Below, in pieces: positions 35,958-48,000 of a stretch of 64,000 nt of DNA. A program made the translations under genes and the position numbers. The notes under the pieces are model-generated. The model made no database searches and was not told the DNA's origin. It saw only the letters and a list, made by a program, of their open reading frames with translations. Origin of the DNA: an uncultured virus (IMG/VR IMGVR_UViG_3300008003_000324) (lineage: Duplodnaviria; Heunggongvirae; Uroviricota; Caudoviricetes); the IMG/VR virus record IMGVR_UViG_3300008003_000324. One strand, written 5' to 3'. Within the stretch, counting starts at the first letter, position 1. The number at the start of each line of letters is the position of its first letter.

Positions 35958-38105
35958 TTACGTGTTAGATGGTGGGTTTGCGATAATGCTACCCGGATCA
36001 CCGATGTCTGCATCTAAAGCAACCACTCTAATAGTAACAGGGATAAATTCTACCGCTGTTACTGGCTTTAAGGCCACATCAATCCAAAGTTCCTTGCGCT
36101 GAACACGATCTGGAGTATTGTTGGAATCGTCACAAATTGTAGCGAAGTCGAACAATGCTCTAGTGTTGATCAATCCGAACAAGAAATTATCCACAGTAGT
36201 TTTCACCTGATCGCGAGTAATCTGATCGTTTGGTTCAAACAGGTAAGGGAACAACCCTCTACGAACTTCTCTTTTGATGTATCTCAACAATCTTTCGATG
36301 TTTACGGATTCTCTCAAAGATACGGCACCGTACACAGTTTTCTGGCCAAGAACCAAGATTCCTCTTCCGGATATGCGTGTGATCGGATTGATGTTTTTAG
36401 GAAACTCATACAGCGAATCCCTAGCACCAACATTGAGATCTTCCTCTACAAATGTGGTAGGACCCCCCAAGTTCCCAGAAACATAACCAGTTTTTGTTAG
36501 GTGAGGACATGATCCACGTTCGACACCCGCTGGTGCGTACCACAAGGCAGTCTCTCTATCATTGAAAGCATAGACTCTCAAGGCAGTAGAGGCCGAGGTG
36601 GTTAGAATGTTTCTACCGTCGAGATTAGAAGAAATTCCGTGACCATAGTAGTAAGCAGCGCCGGGATATGTGGTTCTTTCTGAAGAAAGAGCCCAAGTGG
36701 TAATACCGTTAAATCCAGTTGGCGGTCTGTCAAACGGGGTTTCACCGATTACAAATACTTCTTCCAACATGTCAACTGCCATCCTATTCAATTCGTCCGT
36801 AAGCTCGTGGTATCCCGGAGCTACTAGTAGGTTATATGAATAAGCGTCAGGGTTTCTCACACCAAGGGTCGGGTCATTGATTGCAGCTTGCATCTGGGCT
36901 ACGATTTCTGCTCTTCTTTCAGCATCATTAATACCCAAACTGGTGAAATTCCTGAACTCTCTTGTCAACTCATACTCGTTAGCGGCAGTAGACAACAGTG
37001 CCACAATTTCTGGACAAGTGTACGAAGAACTGTCATCAATTGCATTATACAGACCAAAATAATCCCCAGTGGCAGCATTTTCATAGCCGTCGGCAAAAAT
37101 TAATAGTTGGTCTGTGCCTAGACCCTGTACTGGGTCAGCTAGGAACAAGAATAGATTCAAGGAACTAAATAGTCCCGTCGCACCAGAAACGCCTTCTTCT
37201 ATTTCAATACTTGAAGTGGCCCCAGACAAAGCAGAAGTTACTCTTAAACGACCCGCGACAAAATCTATAAAAGCGTCACCACCGAGTTCGGTGTTAATTT
37301 CGTCTATCAATTCTCCAAAAGTCTGAATAGCCGCACCATCTAGAGAAACCGTTTGCGGCACTGCACCTTCTATGCTAATGGTAAATGCGTAAGTGGTGGC
37401 ATCGTTATTCAGTCCAGTAACATCATCGGTGGTTAGGAAGCCCCCGGTTGTATCAAATACTATTTCTTGGTACCCCGACCTAGCAACGTTGTTATCCTCT
37501 AAGAAATTTTGCTTGAAAAGATTGTTGTTTCCTGTTCTGTTCTTGGAAGAGAAAGAATATACGTTGAATAGGTCAGTAAGAGCCTCTTCAATCAAAAGTT
37601 TCGCGTCAGAACCAGCTACTTCTGTAGAGGCTGCTGGGCCATACAATTCGTTTTCTTCGTTGAACTCTGCTAGGTAATCTTCGAAAAGCTCGCAAACGTA
37701 ATCAGAAGCTTCTGAAATTTTGCGTCCCCACAATGCACGGATTCCAGTAATAGAATCGTCCAAGTTCACGTTGGCACGGACAACATATGCTCTGTTACCA
37801 ACTTCCAAAAATTTGTTTAACGCATCCAAACCGTATTCGTTTCTGGCGTCGCCGTGGAACGGTTGGCCATCAACACTTTCCAAATATCTAGGAATTCCGT
37901 ATAGTTCAACGGCCTGACGGATAGACGTTACTTCTCTAAAAACTCCATACTCATATGTACCAAGTGCTGGAGTCACGCCGTCAGGCTGTGTTTTCTCGTC
38001 AGCAGTCGCAATGAAAATTACCGGAATTGTAGCCGCACGACCCGGAATGAAAAAACTTTGGTCGTCAATGGTTACACTTACACCGGGGCTAATTAAACTT
38101 GCCAT
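35958..38105 (-). CDS. tail sheath protein (gp18-like)
   Basis: LISPGVSV, WYAPAG.ERG, INPI, GQKT, NIERL, FEPND..TR, CDDSNNT. Confidence 0.95.
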   Translation of the reverse strand: MASLISPGVSVTIDDQSFFIPGRAATIPVIFIATADEKTQPDGVTPALGTYEYGVFREVTSIRQAVELYGIPRYLESVDGQPFHGDARNEYGLDALNKFLEVGNRAYVVRANVNLDDSITGIRALWGRKISEASDYVCELFEDYLAEFNEENELYGPAASTEVAGSDAKLLIEEALTDLFNVYSFSSKNRTGNNNLFKQNFLEDNNVARSGYQEIVFDTTGGFLTTDDVTGLNNDATTYAFTISIEGAVPQTVSLDGAAIQTFGELIDEINTELGGDAFIDFVAGRLRVTSALSGATSSIEIEEGVSGATGLFSSLNLFLFLADPVQGLGTDQLLIFADGYENAATGDYFGLYNAIDDSSSYTCPEIVALLSTAANEYELTREFRNFTSLGINDAERRAEIVAQMQAAINDPTLGVRNPDAYSYNLLVAPGYHELTDELNRMAVDMLEEVFVIGETPFDRPPTGFNGITTWALSSERTTYPGAAYYYGHGISSNLDGRNILTTSASTALRVYAFNDRETALWYAPAGVERGSCPHLTKTGYVSGNLGGPTTFVEEDLNVGARDSLYEFPKNINPITRISGRGILVLGQKTVYGAVSLRESVNIERLLRYIKREVRRGLFPYLFEPNDQITRDQVKTTVDNFLFGLINTRALFDFATICDDSNNTPDRVQRKELWIDVALKPVTAVEFIPVTIRVVALDADIGDPGSIIANPPSNT

Positions 38106-38174
38106 ATTTTATTCTCCTGAATTATCGCAAATGTTCAATGATATTTATTAGGCGTGTATTTGGAAATTGTAAAT

Positions 38175-38963
38175 TTACCTAGGTGGTGGGTCTAAGTCAT
38201 CAATATCAAATATATTTTCATAATCGTCTTCCATTCCACGGGACGCTGCTATTTGTTTTACTTCTTCAAAACTAGCAGCTTTTTCTAGATTTTGTATTCT
38301 CAATTTTATTTTCTGTATAATATCGTCTCTTACATTTACAGGAGCACTTAACCAAGCCTCTATCTGGAATGACAGATTCAACGAAAGTATTCTTCTTTCA
38401 CCTCCTGCGGGATAATTTTCTTCATTGTCAATAGACATTAGCATCACTCGGTGTATTGCAGTGTGGTCGTCGGGGTCATCTGAGGTATACAGAAGAAGAT
38501 CTGGATCAAATATTAAAGCTATTTGTTCGAGTATTTCATATTGATGAAACAAATTAGATGTTAGAATGTTAACCTCTCCTCGGATTCTCCACGGGATTGG
38601 TTTAAGTTTTTCGATTGTTCTTAGATCATCAGGGAAAACTCCCCCTCTAGGAAAAGTTACAGATTTATCTATGGTTCTCATGCCGCTCATACGATCCAGT
38701 GCCAATTCCATATCTGAAAACCGAACACTAAGAATAGGAAGTTTGACCGGTATATTGGGGGAGTTTCTCGCCATAATATGGGCTACTACCCTATCTTTGG
38801 AGCCATGAATAACTGGAACCCGTATCAAATTTGATTCGGAATTGAAATCGTTTTTCCCCACACTCACTTGAAGACCAGAAAAAATAGCCATAAATTGAAT
38901 CAGATATTTTCTAATCTGCTCTTGACTGTAGTGACTGCTTAGACTGTTATTTTCTTGTACCAT
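38175..38963 (-). CDS. tail sheath stabilizer / tail completion protein (gp15-like)
   Basis: QIRKYL.QF..IFS, VPV..G, LP..S, ILEQI..IF.P; next to the sheath gene. Confidence 0.75.
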   Translation of the reverse strand: MVQENNSLSSHYSQEQIRKYLIQFMAIFSGLQVSVGKNDFNSESNLIRVPVIHGSKDRVVAHIMARNSPNIPVKLPILSVRFSDMELALDRMSGMRTIDKSVTFPRGGVFPDDLRTIEKLKPIPWRIRGEVNILTSNLFHQYEILEQIALIFDPDLLLYTSDDPDDHTAIHRVMLMSIDNEENYPAGGERRILSLNLSFQIEAWLSAPVNVRDDIIQKIKLRIQNLEKAASFEEVKQIAASRGMEDDYENIFDIDDLDPPPR

Positions 38964-39082
38964 ATGTTTTTATTCCACCATGTTCCCGACGATGAAAGCC
39001 TTACCTTTCTGTGTCGTGGAAAAACTTATCAATACCTCGTTACTATTTAGTATATAGAAGGATTTCCGTCCGGCTATTGTAC

Positions 39083-42000
39083 TTATGGTATGATATCAGA
39101 CGTTAAAATTTCAATAGAGCACAATGTTATTTCACCTGAAAACGCAAATCCAAGAATATCAATATTAGCACCAGTACCTATAATTCCAGATAGTCCGGTA
39201 TATTCAAATATCTGGGGAACGCCATCCACCAATTCCATTGCTTGATACCCCGCCCCACCCGATATCGCATCAAAAGTCACTTGTGTGTCACCCGACACAC
39301 CGCCTGTACCCGATGATGTTAATGTAAATCTAACACCCTGAATGTTAATGTTTTCATATGCAGGATTGATAACTATGTTCATACTATTGAACCCTTCAAA
39401 ACTTTTCGTCCAACATGGGTTGGTGTATACCGTTGGGGTCTGTCCGTCACCCGTAGTTGGATCACCAGTCCAATATGTATCAGGCGTAATATCTACCCAG
39501 ATTGGTACGGATGCAGCCGACGGGGTTGGGGTGGGTGATAGTATTGGTGTAACACTTGGTGTAACACTTGGTGTAACACTTGGTGTAACACTCACGGTTG
39601 GGGTGGGGGTAGGAGTTGGTGGTGGTGGTACGTCTACAGCACACTCTAATTCACTACCAACCACTTTAACAATTTCCAGCGTCTCACCTTCTAAAATAGT
39701 ACCCGCATTTCCAACATCTACGGCCACCCACGAAGTCTTGAAAAAGTCCGGGTGCTTTTTCTTAGCAATCATAGAATTTTCCAGAATCTCAAAAAAGATG
39801 TCATTGACTTCTTTCACGGTGAACAGAGCATATATCGCTCTGAGTAGCTGTACGTATCCCTCTGGTACCGTTAGATCATAAGATTCGTAGAACGCTTCTA
39901 TATCACCAACAGACCATTTTCTGTTCGGTTCAAACAGCACCTGAGTAATAAGTTTTCTTAGGATGTCTCTATCAACTAAAGTTTGCTCTCTACCCAGTCC
40001 AATTCGTGTAGAAGCGCCGCGCACTAATACATCGTATCTGACTCTTTCTTCAGACGGAACCGGGACTCTCTCGTCAATGTTGAACAATTCGTCCACAACT
40101 TCAAATCCGGTAGTACTTTCAACCACTTTTCTCCAAAGAATAAAATCGATTTTAGAAGTTTGGTTCTTTCTAATAAGTTTCCAATCTACGTGTTTGTTCT
40201 TTTTTTCTAAATCAAGACCCAGATCATCTCTTAATGTAAAATCTTTCCGAAGTCTTAGTACATAATCAGAGTTATTCTTAACGCTGTTTGCCAAACCTTT
40301 GATGATAAGTTGAGAGAATCGCAATGGTAGATTGTTGTCGTCGGGGTCGTAGGTTGCCCCGAACAACACACCATAACCATCACCCTCCTCACGGAATCCT
40401 TCAATAACGGCGTAGGGTTTGGTCATATCTGAGAGTTCACGCTCCGCGTCAAAAAGAGTAAGTGTAGTATTATTCAACAACTTCTGTGATTTGTCACCTC
40501 TAACCCAAAAGTAATACTTTGATTTTATATCACCGCTCACGCGGTCTATGTAGTCTATCTTACTGTGGGGATGTACCCGGATATAATCACCATTATCAAT
40601 TTCCTCTTCGCTAGGGACAACAGCTTCCTTTACCAACGTAATTATTGAATTGTCGGGGATATCAAGCCCGAAGGTTTCTGCTAATGCGAGCGTGGCCAAA
40701 AATACGTCATAGGAAACATAATTAAACCTTAAGGTAAATTTTCCATTAACGTACAGGTCAAGAAATTGTTCAGGTGTGAAATCTTCCAAATCTGACGATT
40801 CTATCCCGGCCTTGGGGAAACTTCTTACAATGGTTTTTTCTTCTTCCCACCGGGCTTGTCCCGCTCCGGGATTTACTACTTTTTTATAAACCACAGATTT
40901 TGGATTTCCTGTCAACTTTTCCCCCAGTGGTATATTTTCTAGAGACTGTTTCTCTACTTCGTTAATATAATCCTCTGGTGAGAAATCACTTTCTGTCCAG
41001 CGATACATTTCTATTTCTCCGTAATCTGCTAAATTGCCCCACTTCAGACTGCGCTCTTCTTGATTTGGAAAAATGAATTTGTCGTAGTAAGGAACGTATC
41101 CTTTTTTGGTTATATCCAGCCAAACTTTTCCTATCTGTTTTTCTTCCCAAAAACTTTCTCTCTTGATAAACGCGCCACTGGAAGAATTAACATCAAAATC
41201 CAAAGTATACGAGGCTGGATCTTTTTCTAGCTTAAAATCTATTGGATAATTTCCTACTGGGTTTTCTTGTCCAAAAGCCGGGTTCCATATAGGAATATCG
41301 GCAACCACCCGTTCCTCACGTTTGTTATCTATCAACTTGAAAATGTTAGTACTGTCGTATGAATACCTCAACCCAGTAACAGTAATATTCTGCCACACCT
41401 CGATGTTTGTAGCAATGAATTCTATGACTAACCCGTTTATAAATCTATAATCCACACCTTCGCTGGCAATGAATTTTTCATCAGAAATTTCATACTCGAT
41501 CTTAGCACCATAAACAGGGACGTTCAATCGTAAAACCGGATTATTGGTAATACTTGTGATCGTTGACGTTTGTATTAGATTTTCAGCATTCGTGAATATT
41601 TCAGTTTCTTCAACATCTAAGAAATAACCCTTGAACGGCTTCATTAGATCCACAACATCTGGAAGATTTTCCCAACGGTTAAAATCAGTTAGTCGAATAG
41701 GAATATAGTCCTTTCCGATAGTTCCGCCAGTTGGTGGAACAAATTCAAGTCGAAGTTCCTTTCTAATTACGTCATCCGTATTGAGTTTTATCTCAGGGTA
41801 GGCTTTTTTCTTAGAATCCCCAAACTCACATAGTTTATATGCCCAGAACTCATCAACTGTTACTCCGGTTAATGCACGTTGATTTGTAAAAGCCTCAAGT
41901 GAAAAATTTGTACCCTTGTTTTGTACAAAAGATTTCCAAAATACAAACTGTGACTTTTCGTTAATACCCAAGTTTTCCATATACTGTTTTGGTCCCTGAT

Positions 42001-45000
42001 ACCCCACGGACCTTCTGACTGCCTCTGTAGTATCATCACCCCTAATGTTGTTGTATACATCGTAATAGTCTCTTATATCTTGTATCGATTTTTCGATGTT
42101 ATCTATTAAGGAGTTGTCACTCAAAACCAAACCCCCCACATGGAGTCTTCCCGTGGGTTCTGTCGGCCTCAGAAAACTTAAAAACACCCTAGGGGTTTTG
42201 ATTCCTAAAAAGGGATCATATATTAACTTGTTACCGCTAGTGTACTGATTAAACCTGCAAATGTGCGACACCTCGAAAATAGAATAATCCGCACCCGCAA
42301 TCTTATTTTCGCTGTTCTGTGTTAACAAAACGCTTGTTTCTCTGTCATTCCTGAAAAATAATAAATTTTCTAAGTCGATGTATTCTCCATTAACATCCAA
42401 AACATTTTGTCTTTCGAATAACCCGTTTCTGGCCCTCTCAAAACTCGAAGGTAACCCTCTATCGTGGCTCACAACAAAATGGTTGTAATATGGATTGGTC
42501 ATCATTTTAGGAAGAACTTTGTCACTTTTGAAAATTTCCAAATACACTTCCCCGGAGCCGGTAGAAAACTCTATAAACCTTCCGGCAGTGGCGTCGTTTT
42601 TGGAATATGCCAACTGAATAGCACCAGACCTAGTAACAATAGCGTAGTATGGTACAAACGCATTAAATGGACTGTTTAATTCTTCCGGCACCGTTCCACC
42701 CTCACCCGCTTTCAACCTTACGGCCTGTCCAGTCGCCAAGAACTGTCCAGAAGGACTGATAAAAGAGCTAGAATCAACGTTTACCGTTGCAGATATTCTC
42801 GGGGGGAGTTCTTCTGCTCTCTGTATTAGAGTGTCTAGCCACACAATATACTTTTCAATTTCCAAAATCCATTCATTGTCTCTTCCACTGTCTTCGGCTT
42901 TATTGGTCTTGTCAAAAGGAACTGACTTAATACCGCGATCTTCCAGCAGAGCTTCATAACCAAAGAGAATATCTATGAGAGATTGTATTCTGGTTACGTT
43001 TTGAGCTTCAAAGAGGGTTTTAACGAGGCGAGTGTCTGGTTCATGTCTTCTGAATGCATAGTCTATTCTGTTCAACGGTTTAAACGTGTTTGTGACTTTT
43101 CCGACCCAGAAGTTACCAGAACCCGCAGTGGCAAAATTTATAACAGTTCCCAATTTTGCTAGGTCTTCACTCTCTGAAATCTGGAATGTTGTACCGTTAA
43201 TCTTTACGATATAATAGGGAATATAATTCAGTAGTTCTCCCGGTAGTACCCCGTCTGTGTTTAAAAATACCTCTTGCCCGGTTTCCCACGGGATTGTTAT
43301 GGTATTTTCTGGGCTTACAATTCCGTCTACGATGTCGTCAGTTATAACAACATCTTCCAAGACTTTAACTAGAGTCTCGTTTCTTCTAAAATCGTATATT
43401 ACGTCGTCAACTGTATACGTCCCACCATAGTTGGTAGAAGAAGAGACCGTTATCTGGTCACCAGCCGAAAACTCTCCCAAAACGTTGCCATAAACATAGA
43501 ATATTTTTTTGAACTCGAAATCAGTTATGCCGTCCTCAGACACTAAGCCCGAAGATATTACGGGAAAAAGGCTGTCTAGGCTAATGCTTATTGAAGAACC
43601 GAGACCCGTGGCCTCGCTGCGGATGATCAAATATCCGTTTTCTAAATCGATAAAGGCACCACTTATTTGATCATTGATACTGGCGATAACGTCACCAACT
43701 GTCGGAGTATTGGGAGAGAGTGACCCGTCTATGGTGACAACAGTAGACGTTGTGCCGTCGATATCAATAGTAAACTGGTATGGCCCTGCCGTTAACCCAG
43801 TAACATCCGTCAACGCTAAAGGTGAAGAATATATAGCTCTCCAAAAGCCTCTAGGTGAGTCTATTTCTGTGGCCTTGATTTGATACCCACCGGTTGTAAA
43901 AGTATTTGTTCCCACCAATCTAACTTGGTAATTTTGTGGTGGATAATATTCTATAGTTTTCTTCTTTTTAGGACTTTTAATATATGGTTTGAAAACCCAG
44001 TTGCTTGTTTCGTAATGAGTTCTTTCCGTGATTGGGGCTCTTTTTTGGACCGCCCAATTTATCGCGGAGAATGTATTTTCGGTCGAGTTTAGCTGGCGAT
44101 CAATGAATGTCGCATAATCTCTAGCAACTATGTCGATCTGGTCCCCCGAAACACCTAATGTAGTGTCGTTGATCAGAGTGTTAAAAATGTATGCTGCGTT
44201 TACATTCCAACCAATCCATAAATCCCTATAGTCAGAAGATCCCCCGTCTAACTCCAGATATCTATTGTAATTAACGATCCACTGCTGTATACCCGCAGAA
44301 TAATAAACCGTGCCATCTTCTCTGTAGTCTCCGTGGAATAGAGTTTTAAAATGTGGATTTATATTTTGGGTTTCTTTGTTAGCAAGCAAGCAATCTACTT
44401 GTACCAAATCATCACCATAGTTTCTGCTAAAAAATTCTATTGGATCACACAAAAAAGACGCCTTGAGCAAGAAATATAAGTAGCTACTACTATTTTTCCA
44501 TTTCCACTCAACTGGACCATCTTGTCCAAAAAGAAAATCCGCATTTGGAGAAGATACATAATTGCCAAGACTCTTGTCGAATAGTGGTTTAAAGCGGGGG
44601 TCTGCCGATAGCGAACCATCCCAATATGGTGGTGCCAGTTCATCACTAGCAATACCCGCCACGGTACTTCCGGTTACGTTAACGGGAGAGTAATCGTAAA
44701 TTTGAGTTTCTCCACTGTTGCCAGTAGAAATAGTTCCATTTGGTAATTCTTGTCCGGCTGGGACGACTCCAGTGAATATGTTATCCCACATAGTTTCTTT
44801 CCAGAATCGATCTATTCCTAAATCGTTATTCTTGTATGTGGTCTTCCACCATGTGGGCTCTTCTTCATAACCTTGCAAGATCCAAGGTTCTCGGTGGGGA
44901 TATGCTGTTCCATATATTTCTTCATACAATCCCTGCCACGATGCCTTTCCCCTAGCAGAAAAAACTCCGGAAAGTGGATGTGTTGCTATGTCGGTATTGG

Positions 45001-48000
45001 CGTAGTTCCATGTAAAAGCATCCCCGCTCTGGAACGCGGTGTTGTGTAGTGCATCTTCTCCGACCAAACACAAAAATTCGGTCTCTTCAAGATCTCTAAA
45101 ACGACTGTTTGTTTTAGTCAACTCTAGATTATAAAATTCGTCTAATGGCTCTCTGTGCTGTCCGGCAGAGTATAACAGAGTTTCCAACTCGTAAAGCAAA
45201 TTGGCAATTTGTCCGATCACATCAATCTCGGTCCATGAACCTGATTCTAATTGATACAAAGATATGCTTTTTTCGGAAGAAACCCCCCTAACCAAATAGT
45301 CTCCTTCTGCATAATCTGCTATATCCGGGAAAGCTTCACTGTCTTCGGACACCTTCTGTGTATTTTTGGTTAGTATTCCGTAGAATTTGCTCTTCTGAGC
45401 GTTCGTTATATCTAATGTGAAATATGTGCCATCGTGTCTTTTGACTATCCAGTCTTCACCCCGTTTGAATATAGAAGGTTTAGAAAGCCCCGTCATTCTC
45501 AAAATTGCCGAAGTTGATATTACGTTTTTGATCCCATATCCATCAGCGTAACTAAAAGAATCTCCAAACAAACGATCCCATCTTGTGTTATTTTCGGTGT
45601 AATTTTCGAAGTTTTCTATTAAATCGACTTCTGACATTTCTAAAAAAGTAGAAAGATTTTCTAGATATCGTAATGTCCACCTATAAGTAAGTCGTTCGTA
45701 TGCGTCCCCCACAAAATCTAAAGTTTTGGGTATATCAATTTGTTCCCCCAACATCGCAGAGACTAGTAGGTCGAGGTTGCCGTTGTGTTCTTTGATGGTA
45801 CCACCCAATCCGAAGTTTGGATTGTTCAAAGCATGAAACACTTCTTCTGGGTTTGTCGAATTGTATTTTGTCGGTTCTTGTGCTAATGTTATAGTTTTGA
45901 AATGTCTAAATAAGTCGGTGAGACTTACTTCCTTTCTAAGCTCATGCTGTATGTTATATTTCCAACTGTTGGGTATGTCCCAGTCACTTTCTATTTTTTC
46001 TGGGACGGATTGTTCATTAAACTCTCCTTTCTTCCAAATAGTTTTAATCTTATTGTCCCTTAAATCTAAATAGCAGCGTAATTTTCCTTCAGAATCCACA
46101 AGACCGTGTTCAAAAACTAGATCTCGTTCATTCCTCTTGTATTCTGCTCTTAGGTCTAACGTTCTATTCAACTCAAATTCTCCATTTTCTTTAAACCAGA
46201 AAATAGAGTTAGATTCTTCTAGTGGGTTTCCTAGAATATCATATATTTTGAACAAGGGATATTGGTTAGTTTTGGTTTTAGTTTGTTCTATTCTCTTATA
46301 TCGAGACAGGTTATAGATATCTGGTGAATTTCCCGTAGGATCAACCACTACAACGTCTTTTCGACCGATGTCGTGTGTCCAATATTCTCCTAATTCGATA
46401 CGAACTAGCGTGTCCGGGGTGATAACTAGGTCACTATCTAGAACAATAGCCCCAACGTAATTGGTATTGTTGGCGGGAATGTCTGTATGTCTTCCATATA
46501 TTCTTTTTCCGTCGATATACAGACGAAGGTCTCCTTCTTGGTAATCCTCAATCAAACACAAATCCGTAAGAGATTCATCAAGCTCCAACCTAGCTCCATT
46601 TATTGTAGAAGTAGGGTTGAATTCTTGCCAGTATAGCCCTATTTTGGTTTGGTATTCTTGGAAAACGCTATTTGTCTCTGTCTTAATTTGTATAGCAGGT
46701 CCATCTAGCATGGGGTTTTTTTCGGGCTCTGCACCACTGGCTGTGATATTTTTTATTCCAACAAAAGCCCAGTGAGTAACCAGTGGATCAAAAGTATCCC
46801 CCAAACTGGTACGTTCCGGGTAGATTGTTCCCCCTCCATCAGAAATGTCATCGCCCACGCTGAAGAAATTCTCTACTACCCGGATAACGGATTGATATCT
46901 TTCACCCGGAGTAAATTGTACAAATTCTACACTGTCAATAGTGTACTGGCCGTCGTTGGTGTTAAATCCAACGAGATTTATATTGTCGCCCTTTGTGAGA
47001 ACCGATTCCATATTACCAAATCTGGCCGGTAGTAGTAATTCGTTTGAAGCTAACTGAAAAACTGGGACATTTTCGCTATCTGATTCTTCTATTTTTATAG
47101 GTCTAATTTCTAAAAGATTGGGTTGGTCTTCAACTTTTTTGTATTGATCTTCAACTGTCTTTCGGTAAGCCCATTCAAATTCAAATTTGGAAAAGTAGGA
47201 AAGCTCTATGTAGTTCTTATATTCTATAATCGGTTGTGTTGCCTGACGACTTTCCGAAAGATTCGTAATTTGGTTTTTGTGTACCCACTTGTTTTCATCA
47301 GCCCAGTCGTTGCTGTCCGCTCGTAATTTGCTGTTTTCACTTTCGTACAATATAGAAAAAGACCTGACTTTCGTCTTCCACTGTCCGTCAATCCATTGAT
47401 ATAAAATGTCAGTGGTCGTATCGAAGAAAAAATCATTTTCTTGGGCATATACATTTGCAGATAGACTATCTTTGACGTATATTTGATAAGAAATATTTTC
47501 GTCTTTGAAAAATTCAACACCGTCAACTAAAAATCTATCAGGGTCACCAAAAACTGCACCTTCGACCCAACTAGATAAATCATGGTCCCCTGTGTTTGGG
47601 CCACTATTTATTTTGATTCCGTACTCGGCACCGACAACAAGCTCTGACGCGGGTCCACCGAAATATTGTATTACTTCGTTTTCGCCAAGTGACAGTACGA
47701 AGCCCCCATTTGACGAAAAAACTTCCCGACGGTCATACCATACGGGCTCGCCGAGGTCATAGATGTTTATTTCGTCAACCTGCTGTGGCTCTGCCACATC
47801 TTGAAAATATATGGATTCACTTCTAGCGGCGTATGCATAAGCATGAACAGATACCCGTGTAGGGGAGGTTTGGGGGACAGTTTTAAGCGTGAATACACTT
47901 TCATTATTGTCTTCGTCAAACTCGTAAGATTGAACCTCGACAAATTCTTGTATACCATCCAAATCCGTATATAAACTTAAAATAAAACCTTCACGAGCCC

